Notes: a model not told the origin generated them from the letters alone. A stretch of 64,000 nt of DNA from Armatimonadota bacterium (GCA_018268375.1 JAFDWS010000005.1:89474-153473), one strand, 5' to 3'. Counted from the stretch's first letter, positions 47,338-57,631 are shown. Numbers and translations are program-made.

Positions 47338-48629
47338 TGCATGGGCGGTATCCAGTCGCCGTGGGCCTCGAAGAGGTTGTCCACGAGTGACCGGATACTG
47401 TCCAGGGGCAAGTCTTGGGACGTGTGAGGATCCATCATGGCGGCCTGGTAGACGTGGTCTTTCTTGCGCGTCAGGACAGCCTCGACCGTGAGGCTTTGAA
47501 CGTTGACGTTCGTCATGATCATCGCTGCAAGTTGGGGAGGCAAGGCCCCGACCGGCGTCGGTTGGATGCCGTTACGGTCGACAAGGCAGGGGACTTCGAC
47601 GCAGCAGCCTTGAGGCAAGTTGTCGATCAACCCCTGGTTGTCCACGTTGCCATAAATGACGCTGGGATTCCCCGTCTCGCAGGAGTGGATGATCGTCGAA
47701 CCGTATTCACTTGAACGCTTGACTTCGATCTTTGCGTCCGCGAGCATTTCTGAGCGCAGTCGTTCCCACCCTTCGATCTGCACTTCGCAACGGCGGATGT
47801 ATTCGTCGAGCGGGATGTTGAACTGCGCGATTAGTTCGGGGCGGTCTCGTCGGATGAAATACGGGCAGTATTCGCTAAAGTGCTCGCTTGATTCGGTGAC
47901 AAAGTAGCCGAGCCAGCGCAGCATCTCATAGCGGACGCGGTTAGTCGCCGGCATCCGTTGCTCGCGATAGACCCGCTGGAGGTCGGGGTAGAGGTCGCGT
48001 CCCTTGTGCTGGAAGGAGAGATAAAACGCCATATGGTTGATGCCGGCGCAGCGGTAGTCGATCTCTTCGGCAGGTATCCCCAGGTCGCGCGCCAACTCAC
48101 CTGCCGTCCCCTGGACACTGTGGCAAAGCCCCACGTTCTTGATCGACGTGGCCCGGTTCATGGCCCAGCAAAGCATCGCCATGGGGTTCGTGTAGTTGAG
48201 CATCAAGGCGTCCGGGCAAAGCTCCTCCATGTCCTTGGCGATGTCGAGGAGGACGGGGATCGTGCGAAGCGCCCTGAAGATTCCTCCGATGCCGAGGGTG
48301 TCCGCGATGGTCTGGCGCAGACCGTATTTCTTCGGAATCTCGAAGTCGATCACGGTGCCGGGCTTGTATCCGGCCACTTGGATCATGATGATCACGTAGT
48401 CCGCACCCTGGAGTGCCTCGCGCCGGTCGGTCGTCGCGCTGATCTTATTGCTCGCCCCGAGCGCTGCCCTGACCTTGTTCCCGACCATTTCGCTCGTACG
48501 GAGCCGCTCCTCGTCGATGTCCATCAAGGCGATGTGGCTATCGGCCAGTTCCGGGTAGCTCAAGATGTCGCCCATCAGGTTCCTAGCGAAAACGGTCGAT
48601 CCGGCACCGATAAAGGCGATCTTGGGCAT
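47334..48629 (-). CDS. glycoside hydrolase family 4 alpha-glucosidase/alpha-galactosidase
   Basis: ORF 47334..48740. Conserved start MPKIAFIGAGSTVFARNL (NAD Rossmann) at ATG 48629. LNYTNPM, GLCHS and GINH motifs of GH4. Confidence 0.9.
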   Translation of the reverse strand: MPKIAFIGAGSTVFARNLMGDILSYPELADSHIALMDIDEERLRTSEMVGNKVRAALGASNKISATTDRREALQGADYVIIMIQVAGYKPGTVIDFEIPKKYGLRQTIADTLGIGGIFRALRTIPVLLDIAKDMEELCPDALMLNYTNPMAMLCWAMNRATSIKNVGLCHSVQGTAGELARDLGIPAEEIDYRCAGINHMAFYLSFQHKGRDLYPDLQRVYREQRMPATNRVRYEMLRWLGYFVTESSEHFSEYCPYFIRRDRPELIAQFNIPLDEYIRRCEVQIEGWERLRSEMLADAKIEVKRSSEYGSTIIHSCETGNPSVIYGNVDNQGLIDNLPQGCCVEVPCLVDRNGIQPTPVGALPPQLAAMIMTNVNVQSLTVEAVLTRKKDHVYQAAMMDPHTSQDLPLDSIRSLVDNLFEAHGDWIPPMH

Positions 48630-48681
48630 TGGGTGATTATGGGGCCTCCCCTCCCCTCTCGTCCCTTGGCTTCCATACTCC

Positions 48682-49575
48682 ATGGCGATGTTTCGTCGCC
48701 TGATGGAGAGAGTCGACCGGATTTTCGGTCGAGGGGTCATAGATGAGGACCTCTATGAAGAGCTTGAGGAGGCGCTTCTCCAATCGGACACTCACATCCT
48801 GACGGCCACCGAGATCATCGAGGACCTGAGGAAGGCGATCCGGAGCGAGAAGGTCACGTCTCCAGAAGGCATCAAGGAGCGGCTCCAAGAGGAGATCCGG
48901 CGACGGTTCGACCAAGGCGGGAACCCCCGGCTCGCGGTCAGCTCCGACCCGCCGACCGTGTACTTGTTCGTCGGCGTCAATGGGGTTGGAAAGACGACGA
49001 CGATCGGCAAATTGGCCAAGAGACTGACGCAACAGGGCAAGCGAGTCCTGCTCGCCGCTGGCGACACGTTTCGGGCGGCTGCGATCGAACAGCTTCAAAT
49101 GTGGGCGGAGCGGAGCGGGGCAGACTTCGTCGGTGCTTTGCCAAACTCCGATCCAGCCAGTGTCCTGTTCGACGCGGTGACGGCTGCAAAGGCACGGGGC
49201 TGCGATTACGTCCTTGCCGACACGGCGGGCAGGCAGCACACCAAGGGCAACCTCATGAAGGAGCTCGAAAAGGTCTCCAAGGTGACCGAGAAGGCGCTTG
49301 GGCGCTCACCCGACGAAGTCTTGCTTGTTCTCGACGCCAACACGGGACAAAACGCAATCCGGCAGGCCGAAGAGTTCACCCAGGCCTCTGGAGTGACCGG
49401 GCTGGTCTTAACAAAACTCGATGGCACGGCCCGCGGAGGAGCCCTCATCGGTGTCTGGGAGCGCTTTCATATCCCGGTGAAGCTCATCGGGGTTGGCGAA
49501 TGGCCGGAGGATCTGCGAGATTTCGACGCGGGCGAGTTCGCGCGCCAACTGTTCGACTCCCCGACCGGGTCCTAA
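48682..49575 (+). CDS. ftsY: signal recognition particle receptor FtsY (NG domain only)
   Basis: 297 aa. GVNGVGKTTTIGKLA, DTAGR and TKLDGTARGG GTPase motifs. Confidence 0.95.
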   Translation: MAMFRRLMERVDRIFGRGVIDEDLYEELEEALLQSDTHILTATEIIEDLRKAIRSEKVTSPEGIKERLQEEIRRRFDQGGNPRLAVSSDPPTVYLFVGVNGVGKTTTIGKLAKRLTQQGKRVLLAAGDTFRAAAIEQLQMWAERSGADFVGALPNSDPASVLFDAVTAAKARGCDYVLADTAGRQHTKGNLMKELEKVSKVTEKALGRSPDEVLLVLDANTGQNAIRQAEEFTQASGVTGLVLTKLDGTARGGALIGVWERFHIPVKLIGVGEWPEDLRDFDAGEFARQLFDSPTGS

Positions 49576-49623
49576 CAAACTGAGGGGCACTTTGTCGGGG
49601 TCTGGCCCGTATTGGAATTCTGA

Positions 49624-51171
49624 ATGTTAGGCAGCGACCCCGTCGCCAACGCAGAGTTTCCGTTCGTCGATATCACCGAGTTGAAGCCCGATCACGAAGC
49701 GATCGGGTTGGCGCCCGGTGAATATGCCGTGCGTCACCAAGTCTTGCCCCTGTGGTACGAGGGGGACACCCTCGTGGTCGCGATGTCGAGCATCGACTCC
49801 TTGTCGGCTGTCGACGACCTCGGCATCATGCTGCAGAGGCCCATCCGGGTCGTGATGGCCGAGCCCAACGCCCTCAAGAGCAAGATCGAGGAGCACTTCC
49901 TCGAAAAGATCATCAGTGGGCTGCCGGGCGCCGAGGAGGCCGCGCTCTCCGACGTCGACGACACAAGCGATCTCACCGACCTCACCCGCATGGCTGCCGA
50001 GACGGCCACGGTGCAGATGGTCAACCTTATCTTCGCCCAGGCGGTGCGGGACGGAGCCAGCGATATCCACATCGAGCCTTACGAGAGGGAGGTCATTGTG
50101 CGTGAGCGCGTTGACGGAATGCTCAACGAGATGATGCGACCGCCCAAACGGATGCACGCCGCCCTCGTGTCACGCTTGAAGATCCTTGGCGAAATGAACA
50201 TCGCCGAGCGCCGGCTTCCCCAGGATGGACGCATCAAGGTGACGGTAGCCGGGCGCGCCATCGATATTCGCGTCAGCATCGTGCCGACCGTCTTCGGAGA
50301 GCGGGCCGTCATGCGTATCTTGGACAAAGGTACGGCGATGCTCGGGCTGTCCGAACTGGGCATGCAGGAAGACTGCCTGACCAAGTTCCGGCGGCTGATC
50401 AGCCTGCCTTACGGGATTATTCTCGCCACTGGCCCGACTGGCTCCGGAAAGTCGACCTCGCTCTACGCGGCGCTTCAAGAAATCTGGTCGCCTACGACAA
50501 ACATTCTCACCATCGAGGATCCGGTCGAATACCAGCTCCACGGCGTGGGGCAGATCCAAGTCCGGCCGAACATCGGGCTAAGTTTTGCCTCTGGGCTCCG
50601 CTCGATCGTTCGCCAAGACCCCGACGTTATCATGGTTGGTGAAATCCGCGACATGGAGACGGCGGACATCGCCATCCATGCTTCGCTCACGGGCCATTTG
50701 GTCTTCTCGACTCTTCACACCAACGATGCACCGGGTGCAGTCACCCGCCTCTTGGACATGGGGGTCGAGGCCTACTTGGTGGCTTCTTCCCTCGTCGGCG
50801 TGGTTGCCCAGCGGTTGGTCAGGAGGGTGTGCGCCCACTGCGCCGAACCCTACACACCAAGGCCGGAGAGCCTCATCGGCCTCGGGGTGACTTCCGACGA
50901 AGCGGCTCGCGCCACGTTCTTGCAGGGCCGCGGGTGCGACAAGTGCCAGAAGACGGGTTTCCGTGGCCGCCAGGGCCTTTACGAACTTTTGCTTGTCGAC
51001 GAAGAGATCCGCCGGATGACTGTCAACCGGTCGAATTCCAACGAGATGAAGCAGCACGCCGTGGCGGCTCAAGGGATGCGCACCCTGGTCGGCGACGGCA
51101 AGCTCGCCGCCCTCTCTGGCCGCACGACCGCGGAAGAGGTTCTGCGGGTCTGTCAGAGGGAGGAATTCTAG
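49624..51171 (+). CDS. gspE: type II secretion / type IV pilus assembly ATPase (GspE/PilB family)
   Basis: N-terminal T2SSE_N-like domain, Walker A GPTGSGKST, Asp box, Walker B IMVGEIRD, His box, tetracysteine CAHC...CDKC. Confidence 0.93.
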   Translation: MLGSDPVANAEFPFVDITELKPDHEAIGLAPGEYAVRHQVLPLWYEGDTLVVAMSSIDSLSAVDDLGIMLQRPIRVVMAEPNALKSKIEEHFLEKIISGLPGAEEAALSDVDDTSDLTDLTRMAAETATVQMVNLIFAQAVRDGASDIHIEPYEREVIVRERVDGMLNEMMRPPKRMHAALVSRLKILGEMNIAERRLPQDGRIKVTVAGRAIDIRVSIVPTVFGERAVMRILDKGTAMLGLSELGMQEDCLTKFRRLISLPYGIILATGPTGSGKSTSLYAALQEIWSPTTNILTIEDPVEYQLHGVGQIQVRPNIGLSFASGLRSIVRQDPDVIMVGEIRDMETADIAIHASLTGHLVFSTLHTNDAPGAVTRLLDMGVEAYLVASSLVGVVAQRLVRRVCAHCAEPYTPRPESLIGLGVTSDEAARATFLQGRGCDKCQKTGFRGRQGLYELLLVDEEIRRMTVNRSNSNEMKQHAVAAQGMRTLVGDGKLAALSGRTTAEEVLRVCQREEF

Positions 51172-51172
51172 A

Positions 51173-52384
51173 TTGACGACGTACGCCTACGTCGCCCTTG
51201 AGCCCTCAGGAAAGAAGAAGACGGGCTTCGTCGACGCTCCGACCCGGGACCAGGCGATCGAGATCGTCAGCCGTGACGGCCGTTACGTCGTCGAGATCAA
51301 GGAGCAAGAGCGTCGGCGCAAGATGGAGGGCGACGGACGTCGCCGTGGCAAAGTCGGCCCCAGCGAGATAGCCTTGTTCACTCGCCGGCTCGCCGATCTC
51401 TCAAGTGCCGGCCTGCCGCTCGACCGCGCATTGCAGGTCGTGGCGGAGCAGAGCGAGAGCGGGACGCTCGCCGATGTCGCCAACCAGGCGTTGGAGGACG
51501 TTCGCGGCGGCCTTCCCGTCAGTGACGCCTTGGCAAAACACGAGAGGATGTTCCCTGGCGTTTACACGCAGACGCTTCGAGCGGGCGAAGCGAGCGGCCA
51601 GTTCGCTTCCGTCGCGGAACGGCTCGCAGACTTCTTGGAGAACCAGGTCGCGCGAAGGAGCCAGATCGTTTCCGCGATGGTCTATCCCATCGTTCTCACT
51701 GTGACTTCGTTCGGTGTCGTGCTTTTCCTGATGACTTTCGTCATGCCTCGGCTGGAGGGCGTGTTCCACGACCTCGGAGGAACCCTGCCCCCTTCGACGC
51801 AGATGTTGATGGGCTTTTCACGGTTTCTGACCCAGAACGGTCTCGTCCTCCTCGGATTGGCCGTGGCCGGAGTCATCGGCTTCCGCGCGTGGGTCAAAAC
51901 CGACGGGGGCGCCTTAGCCCGCGACAATGCCCTCATGAAGACGCCACTGGTCGGGCCGATCGTGACAAAGGCGACGGTGTCGCGATTTGCTCGGATTCTC
52001 TCGACACTCGTCTACGGCGGGGTCCCGATCCTGGAGGCCATCCGCTTAGCCGGAATGGCAAGCGGCAACAGGGTCTTTCTCGTGAAGGCTGAAACGGTCG
52101 AGCAGGAAGTCCGCGAGGGACGTGCCATCGCGGAAGCAATGCGAGACACTGGTGCTTTCCCACCCGTCCTGACCCATATGGTGGCGATCGGTGAGCAGAC
52201 TGGCGATCTCCCCAAAATGCTGACGCGCGTCTCTGACAGCCTCGATTTTGAGGTCGACAACTCGCTTCGGCGGCTGACAGCCTTGGTCGAGCCCGCCATC
52301 GTGCTCCTCTTGGGAACTATCGTCGGGTTCGTCGTGATATCAGTTTTGTTGCCTATTCTCAGCGCACAAGAACTCGTTAAATGA
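51173..52384 (+). CDS. gspF: type II secretion system inner-membrane platform protein (GspF/PilC family)
   Basis: 403 aa with the duplicated GspF domain (FTRRLADLSSAGLPLDRAL; FARILSTLVYGGVPILEAI) and three TM segments. TTG start 2 nt after gspE. Confidence 0.92.
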   Translation: MTTYAYVALEPSGKKKTGFVDAPTRDQAIEIVSRDGRYVVEIKEQERRRKMEGDGRRRGKVGPSEIALFTRRLADLSSAGLPLDRALQVVAEQSESGTLADVANQALEDVRGGLPVSDALAKHERMFPGVYTQTLRAGEASGQFASVAERLADFLENQVARRSQIVSAMVYPIVLTVTSFGVVLFLMTFVMPRLEGVFHDLGGTLPPSTQMLMGFSRFLTQNGLVLLGLAVAGVIGFRAWVKTDGGALARDNALMKTPLVGPIVTKATVSRFARILSTLVYGGVPILEAIRLAGMASGNRVFLVKAETVEQEVREGRAIAEAMRDTGAFPPVLTHMVAIGEQTGDLPKMLTRVSDSLDFEVDNSLRRLTALVEPAIVLLLGTIVGFVVISVLLPILSAQELVK

Positions 52385-52450
52385 GGCTCCTGGGCACTGG
52401 AACTTTGAACGTCTTTTCATCGGATTACTATCGGAGAATTTGCATAGGGC

Positions 52451-52885
52451 ATGAATAAGAGGCTTGGCGCTCGCAGGGGTTTCACCCTCATCGAACTTAT
52501 GGTCGTCATCTTGATCTTGGCGATCTTGGCGGCTCTGGTCATTCCGAAGGTCGTCGGTCGCACGAGCGACGCGAAGATCACGAAGGCGCAAAGCGACATC
52601 GCGACGCTGAGCCAGCTTGTACAGCAGTTCCGCCTTGACACGGGCCGGTACCCGACGACCGAGGAAGGACTGCAGGCGCTGCGCGTGCCGCCAGCCGACT
52701 CCACAGGATGGAAGGGTCCGTACACGACTAAGGACATTCCTAACGATCCTTGGGGCAATCCCTACATTTACGAATACCCAGGCGGCACTGGCAATGAAAG
52801 CTATTTCCTGGGCTCGTACGGTCGGGACGGACAGCCCGGCGGCGACGCCGACACCGAAGACGCAGACATCACCGAAGGCGAATAA
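52451..52885 (+). CDS. gspG: type II secretion major pseudopilin GspG
   Basis: Leader MNKRLGARRG then FTLIELMVV. DIATLSQLVQQFRLDTGRYPTTEEGLQAL...PNDPWGNPYIYEYPG...SYGRDGQPGG is the GspG signature. Confidence 0.93.
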   Translation: MNKRLGARRGFTLIELMVVILILAILAALVIPKVVGRTSDAKITKAQSDIATLSQLVQQFRLDTGRYPTTEEGLQALRVPPADSTGWKGPYTTKDIPNDPWGNPYIYEYPGGTGNESYFLGSYGRDGQPGGDADTEDADITEGE

Positions 52886-52888
52886 CCC

Positions 52889-53461
52889 ATGCGTCGTCGC
52901 GGATTCACGCTCATGGAGCTTTCGACCGTCGTCGCGGTGCTCGCCATCGTTGCGGCCATGGTCGTGCCCAACGTGGTCCGAATGCGACAGGGCCAGGACG
53001 AGCGCCTGGCTCCCACCAAGCTCCGAGACCTTTTCAGCTTTTGCGCCTCCGAAGCTGTTCGACGGGGCCAGACAGTCGTTGTCCGGTTCGACGATCCAAC
53101 CAACACGTTCACCGCGACCATCGACCAACGGCAAGAGACGCAGACGACAGACCAACAGCAACCGGTACAAGCGACCGGGCGGGCCGCGACTCCGACTGAC
53201 ACTGTCAGGTCCTTTGCGCTCCCCGGCGGCGTGACTGCAGCAGCTTTCCGATTGGGCAAAGAAGACCCTCAAGGATCCCAGTGGGAGCCTAGGTTCTATG
53301 CCGATCGAAGCGCTGACCCGTGCGCTGTCCAACTCTCCGAGGGCGGAAAGCCGTCGACGATCGTCGTGGACGACAAGGGCAGGGCAGAGATCCAGGACGG
53401 CGCGATGCCGGATCAAAAAGACCTTGATTGGCAGGCAGGAGACTATGAGCGCCGTCAGTAA
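52889..53461 (+). CDS. gspH: minor pseudopilin, GspH-like
   Basis: Leader MRRRG then FTLMELSTVVAVLAI. Size and position after gspG fit GspH; otherwise divergent. Confidence 0.65.
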   Translation: MRRRGFTLMELSTVVAVLAIVAAMVVPNVVRMRQGQDERLAPTKLRDLFSFCASEAVRRGQTVVVRFDDPTNTFTATIDQRQETQTTDQQQPVQATGRAATPTDTVRSFALPGGVTAAAFRLGKEDPQGSQWEPRFYADRSADPCAVQLSEGGKPSTIVVDDKGRAEIQDGAMPDQKDLDWQAGDYERRQ

Positions 53462-53837
53462 GGGATTCACGATGGTCGAGGTCCTCGTGGCCTGCGTGCT
53501 CATGTCGATCGGGGTGGTCGCCGTCATGCGGTCGGCGGGGCAAATCTCCGCGACACAGGCTGTCCTCCGGCAACGCGAAACGGGCCAGCATTTGGCGAAT
53601 GGCAAGCTCCAAGAGATCGTTGCGCTCGGGAACATCGAACAAGCCGACACGGAAGGTGATTTCAAAGACAACGGCTATTCGAACTTCAAGTGGACAGCTC
53701 AAGTGACGCCTTCTGGCATCGAGAACCTTGACCTGGTTCGCGTCACCGTCACTAAGGACGGCACCGACCAGAACGAGTCTTCCGTCGCCGAGTCGCTCGC
53801 CTACGTTGCTCCTGCCGCCACGGGAGGTGCCCAATGA
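53445..53837 (+). CDS. gspI: minor pseudopilin, GspI-like
   Basis: ATG 53445 within ORF 53298..53837, after GGCAGGAG. MSAVSKG then FTMVEVLVACVLMSIG. 130 aa; position fits GspI. Confidence 0.65.
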   Translation: MSAVSKGFTMVEVLVACVLMSIGVVAVMRSAGQISATQAVLRQRETGQHLANGKLQEIVALGNIEQADTEGDFKDNGYSNFKWTAQVTPSGIENLDLVRVTVTKDGTDQNESSVAESLAYVAPAATGGAQ

Positions 53838-54580
53838 GACGCGGCGTTACGCTGGTCGAACTCCTGGCCGTGCTCGCTATCACTGTTTTCCTGACCTTGG
53901 CTGGTGGCCAGGCCCTCATTGCAGGGATGGGCATCGAGTCCAGGCTGCGGGACGGTGCCACGTCCGCAGAAAGGGTCAACGAGTTCGAGAGCGCCATCGA
54001 CGGTCTGATCTCACGCGCTTACCTCTCGACCGATCTGAACGACACGTCCTCGACCTTTATCGGCTCCAACGGGCCAATCGACGGAGTCGCACCGGGACAA
54101 GGGGTCTCCACCAACTCCACTCTCGGGAGCCTTGCCGACGAGCTTGTCTTCAGCACGGTCGGCTCCAAGGTCTCGGACCGCTACGCGGCGTCGACGGGCA
54201 CATTCGAGGAACTGAACTCTCAATTTGGCCCGCAAGGTGGCAAGGCGGAGTGCGATTTGTCCTTGCGGCCGTATGACGCGCCTGGCAACGAGTCCGGGCT
54301 CTTCCTCAGAGTTCAAAGGCCGGCCGACGGCGATCCCACCCAGGGTGGCCGTCAATCCGTTCTGAACAAGGACGTCACCAAAGTGAGCTTTGAGTTCTAC
54401 GACGGGCTCGACTGGCAGCCGGAATGGGACACGCGCACAATGGGGATCAAGCGACTGCCTGCCGCCGTTCGCGTGACGTATCGGCTGGATGGCGAAGACA
54501 GCGATCGCGTGCTCATCGTCCGTTTGCCGCACAGTGACGCCACTCCCACGAACCCCGTGACGGTAGGAGGCGGAGCGTGA
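53834..54580 (+). CDS. gspJ: minor pseudopilin, GspJ-like
   Basis: MRRG then VTLVELLAVLAITVFL. ATGA overlap with the preceding gene. 248 aa. Confidence 0.6.
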   Translation: MRRGVTLVELLAVLAITVFLTLAGGQALIAGMGIESRLRDGATSAERVNEFESAIDGLISRAYLSTDLNDTSSTFIGSNGPIDGVAPGQGVSTNSTLGSLADELVFSTVGSKVSDRYAASTGTFEELNSQFGPQGGKAECDLSLRPYDAPGNESGLFLRVQRPADGDPTQGGRQSVLNKDVTKVSFEFYDGLDWQPEWDTRTMGIKRLPAAVRVTYRLDGEDSDRVLIVRLPHSDATPTNPVTVGGGA

Positions 54581-55815
54581 AGAGGCGGGGGGCTGTGTTC
54601 GTCGTTACCCTGGCGATCCTCGCCGCGATGGTCACGGTTCTGGTCGCAGCCACGGTCAGCGCAAAGGCGCGTTTCCAGACTCTGCTATCAAGGACGGAGT
54701 CAGAATCGGCAGCCATCGCAGCGGACGCCGGCGTGCAAAGAGCCCTTGCTGAGCTGAGCCTCCTGCAGGCGGGCCAGCCCGCCACCCAACAGGATGACTG
54801 GTACCTCCTCGGCCAACACGGAGGGGAAGAGTTCACCTTGTCCGGCAGCTCCTTCCGGGTGGAGATCACTGACGCGGGCTCCAAGATCGACTTGAACACA
54901 GCAACCGAGAACCAACTGTCGCGCATGCCGTTGACGCAAGAGCAGATCGACTCCCTTCTCGACTGGCGGGAGCCAGGTACGGCTCCAAGAGCGGACGGCG
55001 GCAAGGACGAGTTCTACAACCAACTCGAAAGCGGCTATAACGCCGGCTTGAGGCGGCTCGATAGCTTCGACGCCTTGCTCAGCGTCAAAGGCTTCAGCCC
55101 GCAGGCCCTGTACCAGCCTCAAACCGATGTGGTTTCGACCGCGACGATCGTGCAAGGGACTTCAGACCAACAACCGACCCTCGACCAGTTGGCTGACGTT
55201 GAGTCCTACGCACCGGAAACGACGCCGACCGGCGCCACCAAGCTCAACATCAACGGTGCCGGGGCGAACGTGAACGGCCTGGTCCAACGGGGCATCCCGA
55301 TGCAGTTAGCAGCACAGCTCTTCCTGAGGCGGCCCTATGCGCGGCTTGGGGACGTGCTTGCCGCTGTCGGTGCCAATCGTCAGGCCCAGCGAGCAGTCCT
55401 CGACGAACTCACGATATCAACAACGACGCGCTCGGAAGGCAAATTGAACCTCAACACCGCTTCCGAGACCGTGCTCAACACACTTCCGGCCCTGACTCCG
55501 GACATTGTCCAGGCGATCTTGACGCGCCAGCAGCAGGGCTTTGCCCAGTTGAGCGACGTGCTCGACGTTCCCGGTATGTCTGGCAACGCGTTGACGGGCT
55601 CGGTGGACGCTTTCACGGTTCAATCCTCGGCCTATCGGATCCGGGTCGAGGGCCGTTGTGGCGCTGCCAGAGTTTTCCGGGAAGTCCTGGTGACGGTCGA
55701 CAACAATGCGCCGAAGATCGCCAAAGTCGAGACGCCTCCGTTCGCCGACATGACCGCCCGATGGAACTGGCCCGACGAAGCGACCCAAACGACTCCGGTC
55801 GGGGGCAACAGGTAA
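54577..55815 (+). CDS. gspK: minor pseudopilin GspK-like with helix-hairpin-helix motifs
   Basis: N-terminal hydrophobic helix without the conserved Glu (AVFVVTLAILAAMVTVLV). KIDLNTATENQLSRMP and KLNLNTASETVLNTLPALT motifs are typical of GspK. GTGA overlap with the preceding gene. Confidence 0.78.
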   Translation: MKRRGAVFVVTLAILAAMVTVLVAATVSAKARFQTLLSRTESESAAIAADAGVQRALAELSLLQAGQPATQQDDWYLLGQHGGEEFTLSGSSFRVEITDAGSKIDLNTATENQLSRMPLTQEQIDSLLDWREPGTAPRADGGKDEFYNQLESGYNAGLRRLDSFDALLSVKGFSPQALYQPQTDVVSTATIVQGTSDQQPTLDQLADVESYAPETTPTGATKLNINGAGANVNGLVQRGIPMQLAAQLFLRRPYARLGDVLAAVGANRQAQRAVLDELTISTTTRSEGKLNLNTASETVLNTLPALTPDIVQAILTRQQQGFAQLSDVLDVPGMSGNALTGSVDAFTVQSSAYRIRVEGRCGAARVFREVLVTVDNNAPKIAKVETPPFADMTARWNWPDEATQTTPVGGNR

Positions 55816-55820
55816 GCACC

Positions 55821-57074
55821 ATGTCCACCGGAATCAGGGTGCTCGAATGGTCTCCCAACGGGGTGAGGATGTACGATCCAACCTCTAAGTCCGTGAGCGA
55901 GTACGAGAGCATTGCTGAGGCTGGGCGCCAGACGGGCGGCGGGCCGATCGTCCTCGCCGTCTCGCGGCGAAGCTCGTTCTTTAAGCGTATTCCCTTGCCA
56001 AACGCGTCAAGGGGAGACTTGAGGCGCCTTATCGAGATGCGCGCGGCGAGCACCTTCCCGTTGCCCGTCGAAGAACTGGCGATAGACTTTCTGCCGACCG
56101 ATCAAATGTCTTCCGAAGGACGGGAGACTCTCGTTGTCGCGATTCGTGGCACTGATCTGCAGAAAGCCCTCGACGAGGCGAAATCCGCAGGGTTCCAAGT
56201 TCAAAAGACGGTTCCGACAGCGTTTGGCTCTCCCTTCCTGGCCGCCGAGCATGGCGATGCCGAGGCCCTGGTCGTCGAGAAAACCCCAGAGGGCCTTTCG
56301 ATCGATGCGGTGAAGGACGGTAGCTTGGTCGCCAGCCGCGTTGCCTTGAGCGGCACCGATCCCCACGACGAAGCGACCCGTACGGCGAAAATCGCAGGGT
56401 TCCAGCCCGACGCTCGCGTGATCGGAGCGCTCAACGGGGTGCCACCGATCCATGCCAGCGCATATGGGAGCCCACTTGCTGCTCTCGCCCAGTATGCGAT
56501 CAGCCGGATTGAGATCGACCTCGAGACGAACGAGTCCCGAGCTAAACGGGACAAGGCCTCGCTCGCGGGAATGAACCGGCTAGCCGTGCTCCTAGCGCTC
56601 GCAGCTGTCGCATTGGTCGCAGTCGTGGCCAACGACTACATGGAAGCCAAGGGCCGCGTTGACAAGCGGAAGTCCAAGGCCAATGTCGCGGTCAACAAGC
56701 TGAAGAACCTGCAGAAAGCGGTCGAGTCCGACCTGGTAAAGGAAAACTCTGCTCTCCAAGCCCTCCGACGAGCGATGCAGCCAGCGCAGTCCATGACCGA
56801 TGTCGTGACCTCGACGAGCAACGCGACAGGGTCGGGTGCCTGGTTGACGGCTGTCAGCGTCGAGCGGGGCAAACCGATGGCGATCCGCGGCGTGGCAAAG
56901 TCGAGCGACGACGTGAGCCGGTTCTTGGCGAACCTTGCCAAGAGCCCTCGGTTCCGGGACACGAAGCTCGTGTTCTCGAACAACAGCAAGATCGGCGCGA
57001 CGCCGGTCGTGCAATTCAGTGTCGCCACGTTCCCGGTCGGGAACCTGCCCCTGGTCGAGGCGAAGAAGAAATGA
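55821..57074 (+). CDS. fused PilM-like (actin-like ATPase fold) / PilN-like assembly protein (GspL-like architecture)
   Basis: ORF 55656..57074; ATG 55821. About 250-aa cytoplasmic part, TM NRLAVLLALAAVALVAVVA, coiled segment, then a PilN-like periplasmic end (WLTAVSVERGKPMAIRGVAKSSDDVSRFLANL). Confidence 0.68.
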   Translation: MSTGIRVLEWSPNGVRMYDPTSKSVSEYESIAEAGRQTGGGPIVLAVSRRSSFFKRIPLPNASRGDLRRLIEMRAASTFPLPVEELAIDFLPTDQMSSEGRETLVVAIRGTDLQKALDEAKSAGFQVQKTVPTAFGSPFLAAEHGDAEALVVEKTPEGLSIDAVKDGSLVASRVALSGTDPHDEATRTAKIAGFQPDARVIGALNGVPPIHASAYGSPLAALAQYAISRIEIDLETNESRAKRDKASLAGMNRLAVLLALAAVALVAVVANDYMEAKGRVDKRKSKANVAVNKLKNLQKAVESDLVKENSALQALRRAMQPAQSMTDVVTSTSNATGSGAWLTAVSVERGKPMAIRGVAKSSDDVSRFLANLAKSPRFRDTKLVFSNNSKIGATPVVQFSVATFPVGNLPLVEAKKK

Positions 57075-57631
57075 GACTTTTCGACTTTAAGGACCGCGAC
57101 CGGCTTCCCGCCGCCATCGTTTCTCTCGTGTCGGTCGCAACCATGACTTTCACCCTCTTGGCGATGCTGACGGTGCCAAAGCCGACGATCAAGGGATTGG
57201 ACGCAAAGCAGCGCAAGGACGAGTTCAAGATCGAACTCGAGACTCGAGACTCAGAAAACCGCCTTAAGCTGGCGCGGGAGGAACGAATGTCTATGGTCTG
57301 GACCGACCCGGTCTCTCAGATCGGGCCGAAGGCGCTCGACACCATCTCCCGACTGGCGAACCTACATAAACTTAAATTGGTAGCCCTCAGGCCCCAGAGG
57401 ACGGACACGGTGGAGGAGATGACCGAGATTCCCATGTTGGTCACGGTCGAGGGCCCGTACCTGGCCGTCAGCCAGTTCCTGAACGACCTCGAAAAGCCAG
57501 AGACCCGGCTGGCCGTGACTCTTGTCCAGTTCTCGTCGATGGACGGTTCGACCGACAGCGTCTCAATGACAGCCGGCTGTACCGCTTTCGCCGTGGAGCC
57601 CAAGTCCATACCCACCGGAGCCAAACGATGA
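57071..57631 (+). CDS. PilO/GspM-like assembly protein
   Basis: 186 aa. One TM (AAIVSLVSVATMTFTLLAML), coiled region, then a ferredoxin-like end (IPMLVTVEGPYLAVSQFLNDLE). ATGA overlap. Confidence 0.6.
   Translation: MRLFDFKDRDRLPAAIVSLVSVATMTFTLLAMLTVPKPTIKGLDAKQRKDEFKIELETRDSENRLKLAREERMSMVWTDPVSQIGPKALDTISRLANLHKLKLVALRPQRTDTVEEMTEIPMLVTVEGPYLAVSQFLNDLEKPETRLAVTLVQFSSMDGSTDSVSMTAGCTAFAVEPKSIPTGAKR

Noticed and set aside
49624-49900. GspE N-terminal domain as a possible MshEN-type c-di-GMP receptor, given the neighbouring GGDEF regulator
   Set aside because: I cannot find the tandem RLGxx(L/V/I)(L/V/I)xxG(L/V/I)(L/V/I)xxxxLxxxLxxQ motifs by eye. It looks like an ordinary T2SSE_N domain.
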